A DNA stretch of 62,375 nt, counting the filler, from Choristocarpus tenellus KU-1152 (lineage: Eukaryota; Protista; Phaeophyceae): assembly GCA_964200185.2 (NCBI GenBank). It is 7 parts of 7 records of this genome, joined end to end, with 100 filler letters (N's around TTAATTAATTAA, not from the genome) between each part and the next. Parts side by side here need not be neighbours in the genome. Positions count along the whole stretch, not along the records: positions 22,872 to 33,634 come from CAXNAD020002727.1; positions 33,735 to 44,450 come from CAXNAD020002761.1; 5 more parts are not named here. One strand, written 5' to 3'. The stretch's first letter is position 1, and the number at the start of each line of letters is the position of its first letter. Made by a program: the position numbers and the translations under genes. This document shows, one piece after another, positions 23,812 to 37,454 of the stretch. The notes beneath the pieces were generated by a model. That model searched no databases and was not told the origin of the DNA. It was given only the letters and a program-made list of their open reading frames with translations.

Positions 23812-25161
23812 GGCTTCAGTCGTTTCAGTTTTTGGTTGAAGTACGGATAGAGTTACAGGTACACTGATTTATGCATCAGTGTACCTTGCCTTGGTGTCCG
23901 AGTACAATCTTCATGCACTTTCCATCCAATGAGTTATGAATTTAGACAGTGGTATCGGATACATTGGTACCAGTCAGGGTCATCAGCGTATCATATATCA
24001 TGCTCACGTTGAGGATTAGACCTGTGTTATTATTTGTTTAAAAGAGCGTGTCTGCTACAAGGTTTAGACAACTGAAATATAATACATCAATTAAACAACT
24101 CTTCTCCATCTTCTCAGCTAACCTTTCCAAACAATTCGCCAGGGCCTGCGTATTTCTATTATTGTGGTATACCTCTACAACAGTAGTAGTAGCAGTATCT
24201 TTGTACCACTAACCTTCTGGTTATGAAAAGTAAGAACCGTACTTTTTAGTGGAACTCACTATATTAATCAATCCGACAGTTTTTCTTAAATGAATAACAA
24301 GACAACTACACATAGTATGTAGGTGCATGGGTTCGGAATCTCCATTGAAACGAGAGAAAAACGCAAAATCAGCCATACCAAATAGGTGTGTGTGTATATA
24401 TGTTCCGTGTTTATGGAAGGAGCAGGTACAGAGTGGGTGGTTGAGGGGAAGACTGAAGCTGAATGGTTCGGATATAAACCGAAGAAGAGTCTTATGTGTG
24501 GGGTTGATTTGATATTTCCCATCTGCTCACACATAAGCCACACGATAACTCAGTTTCAATATTCAACTGAGCCTTATGTCCTTACAGTTGTAACTGGATA
24601 CCAAGTGAGGGTGGGTGTTTTTGTTCTCCAAGGGTCAGCATGCAATTAAGACAACAGTAGTCCTGAAGAATGTGATAAATATTTAAAAGTGCACAAGGAA
24701 ACCCACAACACCTAAGGAAATGACAAGATAATATCGGACATGGAGAGGTATGACTCCATCGGGCACATCATGCATGTGGTGTGGAAAACTCATTAAGGAT
24801 CAATCCACATTCGGGCACCTGTAGTGATATATCCTATTCCAGCGGTGGTGGTTTCAGGGTGCACTGCAGTGGACCGACCTCAGCAATTTCACCCCAACTA
24901 TCCACCCAGTCAGATTTTGAATGCAACAAAACTTTCTTCTTCAACACTTTCCTAAATAACAAGCTGTTGTGTCTCTCATGACGTCATACCTCCCACTTCC
25001 GACATTATCTTGGGATTTTCTAAGACGTTAGTCGTTCCCTAAGAGGTGGGGGTTCCACCATACGCTGCAATATGCCAAATGGATACTGGCTGGAGTAATT
25101 TCTATTGAGAACATCTTGTGTATGAAGTTTATTATGCGTAGTATGAAATCAATTCACCCCT

Positions 25162-26724
25162 TCATAGCTTGAGGAAACCAGTACAACAACAAAAACGACA
25201 TAGAACCACAGGCTCAGATTCTCGGGACTTTTGTTCAAGCAAACTCAGAAAATGTTGAAGGATGTGAGTAGGTGCGATAACCTCGTTCATGCAAGTTTCA
25301 CAGACCTTGCGAATGGCGAGCCCGTAGTCCTTGTACATTTTAGCGACACGTGGAACAAAGTTGAACTTTTGACCGTCTTCATCATTGATACAGGCTATGG
25401 TGTGTCCCGTCATCAAGTTCCCAACATATCCCTGACTGTGGTACAGTCATTGTGAAGCGCTACCCATCGCTGTTTGTTCGCCTGGAATGTCGGGGGCATG
25501 ACTTTAAGCTCACCCTTCAACTCCGTTATTCTAGCTTTCGCCATCTTGGTGTATTGTGGGATGAACTGGACACAATTTAGAACAAAGGGGGGTTGGGAAG
25601 TGCCGCATTGGGGTGAAGGTCAGCATCACGATGCCTCGAGGATATACCACGGTAATCTAAATCATATCCAAAGATCATTTGAAAATGTGCATTTTCCAGT
25701 CAGCACAGAATTGTGTTGTCAATGAGGGACGAAGGGTTCGGATGCATATAGGCACAGGATTTCTCCTGCAGCCGTAATATTCGAATATAAAAACGTCGAG
25801 GCTGAAATATTTCATCACACATCACACCTTCGCACCTCACTGATCCTTTCAGTCTGGATCTCCACGATACGATCCACAAGCGTTTCCATACCCCAGTATT
25901 CCTTCTCCAAGCCGGCCACCTCATTGTTAGTCCTGAAGAATTCTGCCTCCTTCCTACGCACTTCGTTCAGTGGAGGTACCATTCTTCACCTCGATCGGGC
26001 TTCGATTCTTAACAGCGATGAAACCTAAGGTTAACTGTACATGCCCGGCTTCCATACGTAGCTTGGACTTTATACCACACCCGGGCTGGATGTGGTCGAT
26101 CTTCGTGACAACACCAAGAGTTCTGTTTCCATCAGGGTCGTATTCCTTGGCTATTTTGATGACCTCGGCATTGGCAAATTTGTCCATAGCTTGTACAACC
26201 ATCAAAATCACCATTTCCGTGTTTTTCACGAACTTGCTCACCAGGGAAACCGTTGCACTGAGTATATCCGTTTGACCCTCATTGGCTGAGTTGTGCATAA
26301 TGCCTGGAAGATCGATGAGGGTGAGGGTCGGCCCAGATTTTTGCATTACCTTAAGGTAAATTGGTTTTTCACTGATAGCTCCACCATCCCCTGCCAACTT
26401 GGATGTCAGTGCCTGGATCTCGTTGCCAACTGCTGCGATGTCGATCTTCTTAAAGAATGTCTGATCTGGGCTTACGCCAATGAGGGCATGCGGTTCAGCT
26501 CCCTGGTCTGCTTGCAGGCTCATCACGAGGGGAACACGAGTGGTTATGTTTAGGTTGACATTCCCCACGGCCTCAAGAACGGAGCTTTTCCTCGCACCTT
26601 GAGCACCCACAACCACAACTCCTAGTACGTTGACCTCGTCGTTGTCATTGTTGAGTGCTCGAAGTCTTTCCAGGGTATCTAGAACTGCGTACGACTGAGC
26701 ATTTGCCTCATTGGCGAGATACAT
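25162..26724 (-). pseudogene. Mx/dynamin-like GTPase pseudogene
   Basis: ORF 25954-26724 has G1 VVGAQGARKSSVLE (degenerate), G2 TTRVPL, G3 LIDLPG and G4 TKID. After a frameshift near 25966 it continues EVRRKEAEFF...YWGMETLVDRIVEIQ; further broken middle-domain sequence extends to ~25162. Confidence 0.88.
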
Positions 26725-28477
26725 TGGTATGTTCCTTTGTAGTACTTGGATAACCTCCTAGTAACTAACTGCCTGCACGTATTTCAATGACAGTGTAGAA
26801 TGAGGTAGGTGATGTGCGGAGATTTGTAATGTAGAAGGTTCTATGTATGTTCAACAACGAATAACAATGGTGAGGTGAATATTCCTCTCTCCAACATATT
26901 TGAAAACGTACACTTTTTTGTAAATGAGTACAAATCACAATCAAATATATGTAAGATATTATTAAGATATTAGATTGATGTGGGGCGATCAGCAATCATC
27001 ATTTTGAATAGACAAAAATCACGAAAGATTCTGGAATATTATACAGATTAACAATCATAACTACAATATTCGTCTCTCCAACGCATTTGAAAATATTGTA
27101 TAGTTCTTCTTTCTGAATGAGAAATGATAACAAAATCGAATGTTATACTTATCTGTAGAATTTATTGTATTGATGTGATGATTGGACCACCAAACATTGA
27201 GTGAGGGTTATGGTAACTAAACATGTGGAGTTATGATTAGTGTGTGTGGTACATGACACCATAAAAAAATATTTTTCATACTCAAAACGTACAAAAATCG
27301 TGGTCTAAAAAATAGTAGAATAATCTTCTGTAAACCATAAAAGGTAAGGAAAGATTACATGTATGATGTATAATCGAGATTTAAGAGTGATGTACCTACA
27401 TTAGATTGCCAAAGATGGAATGTTAAGATAACCATTGGTGTAGGGTTACCGTTTAGTGTATGGTACAGACCTTCAAAACATTTTGTTTCAAATTGCAAAC
27501 TATTTTCTCTTACTTTTTTCAATTAGTACTACAAACTCACGGACCTTTTTCGTTTTGGATGAAATCACTTGATATTTGTGAGTTGGATCGAATTACTCAA
27601 CAAACTTCATCCAACGTCTTGTTGTAGGTCTTTTTCGGCGTACAAGTGACGAGTCAACGAGATGGAGCAATGGTCTGTGCCCCAACGACCTGATCTTGTG
27701 GAGGTGTACTTGAGAGTTCATCGAAGCCTCCACAAAATTTGCAGACCTTCTGTTCAGTTGAGTAGGTGGGATTTCAACACAGAGACACACCGTTCACTGT
27801 AGGATATGCTTTTCTAGTCCGTTCTCTACGCACAAAAGTACTGACAATCCAGCAAGAAAGTGGAAGAATCTGTGAGCCAACTAGTTGAGCTTGTGGAGGG
27901 TATAGCTGAGAGTTAGTCGAGGCCTGAACAAATCTATGCACTGCCTGTTTTATCGAGGGGGTTGGATCTTCAACACAGTGACGTTCAAACCTGGCGATGG
28001 AATATTGGGTACGAAGGTAAGATGTACCTCTACAGCCCTTCAAAATGGCAGAACGAAGGCCACTAACTGCGTCTGTGAAATTCGAGGGAATGGTTCCTGA
28101 TAGGTTGTGTTCTTACAATTTGCATTGCAAGTAGGTCATGTAGGATATTCTCCCACAGGCAAGAAATTGCACGACAGGTCGTTTGAGTAGTTGAGTGGCG
28201 AAGAAGAAAAAAACAACAAAGTATACGAAATTGAAATATACAATGAGGACGGGATCAGGGTCAGAAAATCACGACAGTAGTACTGGGGATATTACCAGTG
28301 AGGTTGCACAACTCCTCTCAGATACTGACAACATTCACCGAAAAGTAGTTTGGGTGTTTGCAGTTTGACATCACCAGGAATACAAATAATGACAAAAGTT
28401 TGGAGTGATTGATGGTTGTGACTGGGCGGTGAGGGTCCTACTATATATTTGTGGACAACAACTGACATTTCAAATTT

Positions 28478-28727
28478 GAGTGAAAGTATCTTAGAGGGTA
28501 TGAGGTTTTCCCTGTTTGCCCATTAGGGGCTTCCCACGGGTTTTTATTGACATTTTACCTACTCCGAAATTTCGGAGTAGGTAAAATGTGTACGTTATGA
28601 AAAGGTGTATCCGGAACAAAGATATTTCATCTCCTTACAAAGATGATGGCCAAAATTACATCAAAATTGCAACATGGATTTTTGTCCCCAAATGGACGCG
28701 GCTCTACCCTCTAAGATACTTCGAGTC
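28478..28727 (+). mobile_element. MITE family B, TSD ATTT
   Basis: GAGTGAAAGTATCTTAGAGGGTA...TACCCTCTAAGATACTTCGAGTC; ATTT on both sides; internal 40-bp palindrome. Confidence 0.9.
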
Positions 28728-29126
28728 ATTTGTCAGTAATATAAAAAATAGAATGGACACGAAGTGAAAAAATACACTTATCATTTTCTAAAATGATTAT
28801 AGTCGTAGTGCAACTGTTAGTCAGTGGGCGGTATAAGGAATAGTCCAGCGTGTGTACTAACTGTGACCACGGGTCGGGATCATCACTGACTAATTTGATA
28901 CAATAATAATAACCATAGTCTGGAACTAGGAAGTACTACCTCGTCCTGACTAGTAGTCAGATGCAACCACGCACTGCACACTACTTCTCGTTAATTTCAA
29001 ACCAACGGTTTTGTCGCATTAGCACATATTGAACTGTCTGTGCATGCCTTGATTTTCCCTGATGTGTTGGGTTCCCCATCCCACTGCTTGTCGCCCCACC
29101 TCCACCCTTGAGCCTAGTGCAGTGTT

Positions 29127-29222
29127 AGCTCAAAGTATCTGGTGTGGGGGGGGTGGGGTCTACACTAGGGTGTCCATTCGGGCCCTGACCAGGAGAAGTG
29201 CACTTATATTGTCCATCTGACG
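29127..29222 (+). mobile_element. MITE family A, 3'-truncated
   Basis: AGCTCAAAGTATCTGG...GTCTACACTAGGGTGTCCATTCGGGCCCTGACCAGG; right TIR absent. Confidence 0.8.
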
Positions 29223-30327
29223 CACGATGTTACCTAATAAGCATGTCAAACTCTGGAAAATGTCACCAGGGACGAAAAACACTTTTAGCCCTTGCCGAAG
29301 ATGTGTGAAACTCTGCAATATATGATTTCCTAGCGTTTCATTATTTCATGCCCCTGACACTTTGCAGTTGATATTGAAGACAGATAAATCTACCAATCAA
29401 TAGTTACAGATGCATTTGAAGATGAAAAGATATGGAGAGAGTAATTTTCTGCAATGCCCTTCACGTATTACCACCCTCCGCACTAGTGAAATGTAGCACT
29501 AATACTAGTGCCATCATACCAGTTCTCAAAGTGCTCTTTAAGATGCTATGGACAAATATACATACAGAAATAACAGCATGTGTGTGCTATGGTATGGCCC
29601 ACTACTGATCTCGCTGCTTGCTGCAGGCAGCAGTAGTTCTTGAACAACGCCCAACCAGCACACTAAGTTCAGCATGCACAATGCCGCACTACTTCATGAA
29701 CGCTTTACACACAAATCAGTGTATCACGTGTCAGTTTGTTGAGTATTAGGTATCCCATATAAATTTATGCTATTTGCGGTTTTTATTTGTACCACTTGTC
29801 TGTATTGAGCAATGAGAGATATGTACAATATCTGCGTTGCACTTGTTCATCCACATCTTTTGCTATACTGGATATTCAGATCTCACTTCAACATCCTGTG
29901 TATACGAATTTGCTCTGGGGGTCAGGGGATCCAGAACATATTTCCTTTGTTATCTACTGTGCTTGAATTTATGCAGACACGGGGATTGGGTAGGTGCGTA
30001 CATTCCGCGTGTCTAGAAGAGTCATGCACCTTACATACTGCGGCGTATATACTTACATATATTTGTTGTCTCTTTAGGAATACTTGGAGTACTGTGGTCT
30101 CTCTTTAGGAACACGTGGATGCCCAAGACATGTAAGTGTGAAGGTCGTGGTTCCAGTTGTACCTTAAAATAAAATTTACAGCCTTGCTTCAGTATCTTGT
30201 GGGTCTTAATTAATGTGACGGGGTGTGAGTGTGAGTGTGAGTGCGGGTGCTACATACTACCCACCAAGGAGCCAAAGAGTCATATGCCGTATATATTTTT
30301 GCATATACTCTGGAGTATTTGGTTTCT

Positions 30328-30506
30328 GTCTCAACGTATCTGAGGGGGGGGTGGCGGCTGTCCATTTGGGGAAAAAATTTTCATGTCGCGTTTTTTGGGT
30401 GATTTGGTTCCATACGTCCGATGGATAATGTAAATGCACTTTTCCTGATTTCGAGCCAAATGGACACCATGGTGTAGACCCCCCCCTCCCCCAGATACTT
30501 TGGGTC
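30328..30506 (-). mobile_element. MITE family A, TSD TCT
   Basis: GTCTCAACGTATCTG...CAGATACTTTGGGTC; TCT on both sides. Confidence 0.87.
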
Positions 30507-33500
30507 TCTTTAGGAACCTTTAAAAGTGCTTTAAGATGTACTTTCATAAGGACTTGGATATATTCACTCTGTCTCTCGTTTTGTGGCGCCATCAAGACGG
30601 AGGAGCTACATTTCATGGTTAAGGGGTTCAAACATATCAAGAACGACCAGTCCTTTTCTCAGTAAGTGTGTACTATCTTTGACTTACAACATGCAATATC
30701 CTGTGTACCCTTACTCCCAAAGTTACATGCCTTGAGAAGTACCAGGGGAGAGAAGTGCATGTGCGTTGTTTTTATCGCTAGTATAATGTACATGCATATA
30801 TGCGTGTTTAATATGTATGCATATAACAGGCCTGTGCTGCCAAACGGTGTACAGAGATAACGAACTGCAAACAAATTCTCAACACTACCAAAAATATCAT
30901 TGCTGTTAGCAGTTATCACTATCACTGAAGAGATTTTCCTTACATACCTGGATGTATGGCTTAGCGGAGTGTGTGTAGAATGCATCAAGGATGCATGGGT
31001 AGCATGTCAGCACCCAACTGTTGGGTAATTTTTGCTCTTCCTTTGTAGGTTCTCACATTATGTTTTGTTGTACGTGTTCTCATTAACCATATATATGAGG
31101 ATATGTCTTGAGCAGTTTGTCAGGGGACAAGCACGTTTGGTGTTGTGGTCTTGTAATTGACTGAACGAGAATAAAAACTCGAATAAATATATATTTTTGG
31201 ACAAAACGAAAAAGTGCCCACATCGCCAATAAACGGCTTTCATTCCCAGGGCTAACAAGGTAGTGTTCTTCTCTTACGGGAGCCATAATACCGTCCATGT
31301 TTACAGCTCACTATGCTCTGACATTTTGCTTCTGATTGTAAACCGTTCATTGTCAAGATATTCTAAATACTGACGTCAAAATGAGTCGAAGTAAACGAGA
31401 GGTATGCAGAAAAAGAGTTGCATTTTAGGGATGCTGACAACTATGTACAAAATTAGACTTTCTTGACAAATGTGTCAAGGATATTTCTGAATTGTGTCCG
31501 ATTTTTTCAATCAATAGAGAAATAAATGCTCTCAAGTCAAACTTAGAACTCCATCCATAGAACTATGGGTGAATTGCTAAAGATTTAAGAACAAATTTGA
31601 AATGAAAACGACTAATACCTGGGTAACTCTCGTTTATTTTGGTTTGATAATATTATCATATGCCTGTCAATTACCCCCCCAACGACATATCAGTTTATGA
31701 TCATATCTAATGAACACAAGTCGATCCCGTATGTTCGCTGTTGATGCAGAGCATCTTGCTTTGCCGCTGACATCTGCCTGGCTGTACTGTAAACCAATTT
31801 CGGGACATTTCTTTCAGGGTGTGGCTAACTATTTTGAAGTTTACGCCTGTACGAACTTGGTCAGGCTGATTGGTAGGTTGTAACACTTAGTGTTGGGTAT
31901 CTGCCCATATTTATGTGGTAATTGTATTTTGCTACCTGTTTGTGCTGCCCAACAATGGGGTACACAAAAATATACTACATGTACCTCATCATCGCGCAGT
32001 ACGGATTACGATAGCATTACTTGTCAGTTCCTTACCGAGGTTGGCACCATACCATTGTAGGGCCGGAGGTTATAATCTTTTATTTGTAACTCTGTAGTAT
32101 CTACTACATGGTACGAATACAGGGAGCAAAAGTAACGAGCCCTAGTCTCTCAGTGTTGAACAGTCACATCCCTTGCAGAAGGTGGATCAAAGAAGTGCTA
32201 TCCAACTAAAATATATTGTAAAGGGGTGTGTGGTATGTCAAGGAAGAAGAAACTGTTTCAAGACACAATAAAATTGTCGATTGGCATAGAGCTATTGTGC
32301 CCCGGAAAGGAAAATAACAGGACGAGAAGATGAGAGGACAAGGAGGGATGGCCTGGCTACGGACTAAACAAGCACTTGAGCTCCACTTGACTGAAAACCC
32401 TTAATGGGTGATGTGGGTATGCTCAGTGACACACATCTTTGCTCCTCTAACTCCTACCTCAAATCAACCAAATCCTAGACTACATGCTTACAATTGTACT
32501 TTGACTTGAAATAAGAGTAACCTGTCGTTGAAGGGATATTCTATGGTCAGACAAGGTGAGCTTTCCCACATGTGATCTGCATCTGATGAGGCTTCACTTC
32601 TCGACTCCTCTAGATCCAATAACTCTCTTCTTGTGAGTGTTTGCTTTAATGTGTCACTCCCACACTCATTCCACGCAGGTATGAACATTTGTTGTGTCCT
32701 GCTCAAATACAGTGTCTTGGTGGAGAAGAGACAACAATCTGCCTTGAGGAGAGAGGAGAAGCAAACTAGGAGGTACTACGTCCTCTCCTGCTCCTTCACT
32801 AGACAAACATATCGATTGTCTCACATTTTCCTTCCACTCCTGCAGTATGTCATCACTTCATAGGTCTTCCAGAGTACTGAGCAATGTAGACATTCTAGGG
32901 TACAATATATTGCTTGCAAAAAAAAAAAAAACCCAATGAAGGCTGGAACGCCCTGTGCTGGCCTGAGGACCTAGCGCTGAAAGTGAAAGAAAGACTCACA
33001 GACTTGTCCTTGACAAAACATGTGGTCATTTGCCACTCGACCATCTTGTCACAGCAATCACATTTCTTGACCTGTTCCTGGTGAACAGACAAGGGATGAA
33101 CCATTGGGTATTGAGTTACACTGGCAGGTCCGATCTTGGTAACACAACAATCCACCAGACACTGTTGCTCATTTCATATTACTCTTCATCACATCCATGG
33201 AATGTATACCAGCAAAGTTTATGTTCTGAATATATTGTTCACAGTACATTGCCCTGATACAGAGTCTCGGGTACACATCAGCTGCCCCAACCCACACCTA
33301 GTGAAATGTAAATGTACAGTCTAAATCCATACTACATGATGCAGCAATTGCGTATGTGGGGTAAGCTTGAGTGATGTTGCAAATGATGACGCATGTTGTT
33401 GGCGACATCAAACCACAGTGAGTCCTCCTTTATTGTCTGCAGTTTGACACAATGTACTGTTGTCCTGGGGTATATCTATTTTTGGAGGATTGGAAAAGGT

Positions 33501-33734
33501 GCCGATTGAGGCTGGGTCGTTATCAATAAACATATCTCACCGTGCCTTAAACACTTGTGTTAACCTTGACGGCTGATGCCCCTGCAACCCTGCTGTATCC
33601 CCGCCAACACTGGTTGCTGGGCTTGATGGTACAGNNNNNNNNNNNNNNNNNNNNNNNNNNNNNNNNNNNNNNNNNNNNTTAATTAATTAANNNNNNNNNN
33701 NNNNNNNNNNNNNNNNNNNNNNNNNNNNNNNNNN

Positions 33735-33824
33735 AAACACGGTAGCCAAGATTACATCGAAATCGCATCATTGGGTTTTGACCCCCAAACAGACGCGGCT
33801 CTACCCTCTAAGATACTTTAGGTC
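33735..33824 (+). mobile_element. MITE family B, right end at contig start
   Basis: GACGCGGCTCTACCCTCTAAGATACTTTAGGTC. Confidence 0.82.
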
Positions 33825-34578
33825 AAGAAAAAGGGGGGGAGGAAGGCGAAAATCTGACGTAAATATAAGGTTTTCACAGTTTGGTATGAGGCCAAAGACT
33901 GGTCAAGATTTTAAGGGAAGATCGTGACTTGGGCATTTCGAGCGAAATGTTTTCATTTGTTACTTTTCACTGTTCTCGACTGTTTCACGTCTTTAACGGT
34001 GTCCCCAACAACAATAATAATCCCCAAATAATTTACTCTGGAAGAGTGTTTCTTATGGAGAACCTTCTTCCACTTGCATGTGTCCTCCTTCTGTATGTTG
34101 TGTTCACCTTGCGACTGACACACCACACCTGTCTGTAGACGGCTGAAGCTTGTTATCAACCACATACAGTAGTAAGTAGAACAACTGCCTTGATAAACGA
34201 TATATATATATATATATGTGCCCTCTACCTTGTGTTATGCTTGAAGCGAGTTTATCAATGTAATGCATGTACCAGCAAGAAACAACCTAACAAGTGAGCC
34301 TTCAGAAATGGATTATTTGCAAATGTATGCCTACTTTGTTTTCATGTCTTGCTGTCCATGGGTAATTTGATCGAATGCCTCATATATTAATCCTATTATT
34401 TTTGAAGGCCAATGCTTCCCATCCATCCATGGTAAATGTGTGCGTGAGTTGGTGAAGCCAGGCAAACCATACAGTCCACCACTTCAGGGCTGCCAATCCT
34501 ATAACCCTACATTGAGGACCCTATCCGCAACTGGATTATGCTGGAAATTTATTTGGCGTTAATAAATTACTGAGGCCA

Positions 34579-34751
34579 GGCTCAAAGTATCTGGGGGTGG
34601 GAGGGTCTACACCAGGGTGTCCATTTGGGCCCTGACCAGGAAAAGTCCACTTACATGATCAATCCAACACATACAACAAACCAAATCACCCAAAAATAGC
34701 GACATGGAAGAATTGGCCCCAACTGGACAGCCGCCCCAGATACTTTGAGCT
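34579..34751 (+). mobile_element. MITE family A, TSD GCCA
   Basis: GGCTCAAAGTATCTG...CAGATACTTTGAGCT; GCCA at 34575-34578 and 34752-34755. Confidence 0.9.
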
Positions 34752-37454
34752 GCCAAACAATGGCTTTTCATTTCATCCAGATGATGTGTTGCTTCGGTTG
34801 CATTTGCTTAGCCTCCCTACACGTGTGTGGAGGTTACTCGTTAATTTTTGATGCTACGGACAGTACTTTGTTTCCATATCAAATACTTTATGCTTTCGTA
34901 TATGGCAACGTTCTCATGCCAGAGCCATGGTGTCCTAGAGCCTAGAGGGGGTGGCGTTGAGTATTATGAACTTCTGTGACTGCCTTGTGGTACATGTGTT
35001 CCTAGAACCCTAGAGGGCGATTCTGCGCTTGCATCAGCAAATACTCTTCTCTTGTATAAGGCTACAGCCTCCTGGTGGGGGTTCGCTGCATTTCAGGCAT
35101 AGGAGTGATGTTGAGAGGCACAACCTTTTACAAGGACGGTACACTCAAAATAACCGAGATCGACGCCCCCTTGGGGTACAATGGCTCTAAAATCCATATT
35201 ACCTATGTGCTTGTGGATTGAGAGTACTTGATTGAGTCTCACAAGCAACGAAATGAATGCTTTGCAGGGTGTCCAGAGATATATTGCCGACCAAGGCTCA
35301 CAAAGATGGCACAAACGGAATATGGAACTGCCGACTTCCAAGCTGGCGGTCAAGGAAAATTTTGGATTTGTTGGTGGTCGGGTGGTTTATATGCTTCTCT
35401 TTTAAACGTTTAGCAACCAAGTCGTCAGTATTATAAAATATTGAAGTGTAGGAATTAGTAAGACATAGCATTGTCCAACAACAAAATATCCATGATGTTG
35501 TTCGGGCGACACAATCTGTGATAAATACACTGAATATTACTTGTACCGACCTGGGATCTACGGAGTGCTTGAAGTCGTATCATACTGACAGGCATGTCCT
35601 GAAATGGACAGAAACGCTATTAAGGTGCAAGGATCCTGGTTGTGTCCAGCTACCGTCATGGATGGGGTTGGCGTCTTGTTACGTATTTTGGTCACCATGC
35701 CGCATGGAGAAAAATATTGCTGACGCATTCCTGTTGCCACCAGCCCCATAATTCACTCAGCAAAAGCGAGGGTAACCCATACTTTGTAAAAAATAAATCG
35801 CATGGAATATGCGGTACTGTTACAGGTGGTATGTCTTGATGACGGTTTCATAAACGGCATTATGACCTTGAAGTTCTAGCCATGTATTTATTAGTCATTA
35901 TGATGCCCCATTAAGGCTGTACATCGTTGTCCAGTCCTTTTAATATATTAATGATACCCATGAAGTGAATAATCCAGGTGAGAGATCCAGCACCCCCCAC
36001 GACATTTACATTATGGAGCCTTGTATGGTCAACATATATATAGCTTTTTGGATTGGAGCTGCATATCCTATCATGGTAAGCTTGGGGAGCGTTTTGTATC
36101 AATACAGGATATCAGTCGAAATAAAGGGACTGCACCATTCTTTCTACTTCGACCCAGAGAGAATATTATCGACAATGCATCAAGGATGAAGTATGTCCAC
36201 AAGTTCATCTCCTCAAAAACATTCTTGCAACTGAAAGGCACAGACTTTGTTGAAAGACGTTTGACTTAGGGGGCTACTAGTGCAACCACAGCTGCAATCA
36301 GGTTCCTGTTCAGCAAAGGAAAGGAGAAAATAAAATAAAGGGCTACAAAAGGTGGTGCCAATAAGCAGTTGTGACAGTTGTGACTGATATGATAACGCTA
36401 GGCTAGAAAGACGAAATTCTGGACCTGGCATGCTACCTACATAATGTGATCTCAACGAGTTTTTGGAGGAATTAAGTGATGTTAGCATCCACGGACAGGG
36501 TGCTTGATGCTTGAGGTGCAAAATACAACATACTGTGCCCCAAACCTCATTGACTGTGTGTGAGGTGAATGATGAGAGATACATAATAAGGGATTGGCGA
36601 CATGGTACAGTATATATTTTAGTAATAGAAATATATAGAGGTCACAATATTGAGGCAATGGGATGCTGTTCAGCATTGAAAGCTCCAGTCAAAACGATGC
36701 TCCAGTACCAGATCTCAAAGTTCCACCTCTGATTAATAAGACCTCCAGAGGTAAGTGCCCCTGAGGTTGCAGATGTTTGCAAATGGCTTAAGTGTATCGA
36801 TAATTTTAGTTTGTACGTGCAAGTGCCACGGACTTCAGCAGTTTATTGTAGACGAACAAGATCACTCCACTAAGTATCTGAGATGCTCAGAGTATACTTT
36901 TATATAATTGTGGAACATCGGGCGGGTTAGAAAGAACAAACTACGCAACACGTCATTTTGCAAGGAGTTATTTGGGTACCAGAAAAAATGAAAAAGATGG
37001 TCTGCAGTCATTAATACTACACTCAAGGTCATACTGCTCGCACTCAATGCCAAGACCTTGTGCAGCACATTTTTCAACTTATGGTCTTGTACTGCGATGC
37101 TTGGGAATACCGATAAGGCAAAACAGGATGGCAATCACCTCCTAACCCCTCGGCATGATCAGACCCAGCACTCGTAAGTTGAGGGTATGGCATAATGCTA
37201 TTGCAAATAAGCAAGCATGATGCTCCACTAATAGTTCGCAGGGTTGAGGGTACATTGTTTTTGGTAGATTTGCCTTGCCACCAGGTGCAATTCCCGGATA
37301 ACTCTACGACACCAACCAAAGGGAATCATTGTGTCAAAAAATTGAACAATAATGAATCTATTTAGAGGTAGACAAGAGAGGAGTGTGGACGAGCCTCACT
37401 AGGGTTACGATATGGTACCATATTATCATTAAGGTAGTTTCATCTCCCGTTGTG

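Noticed and set aside
31400-31900. KNKFEMK-like copia RT fragment
   Set aside because: A single short motif without ordered neighbouring motifs.
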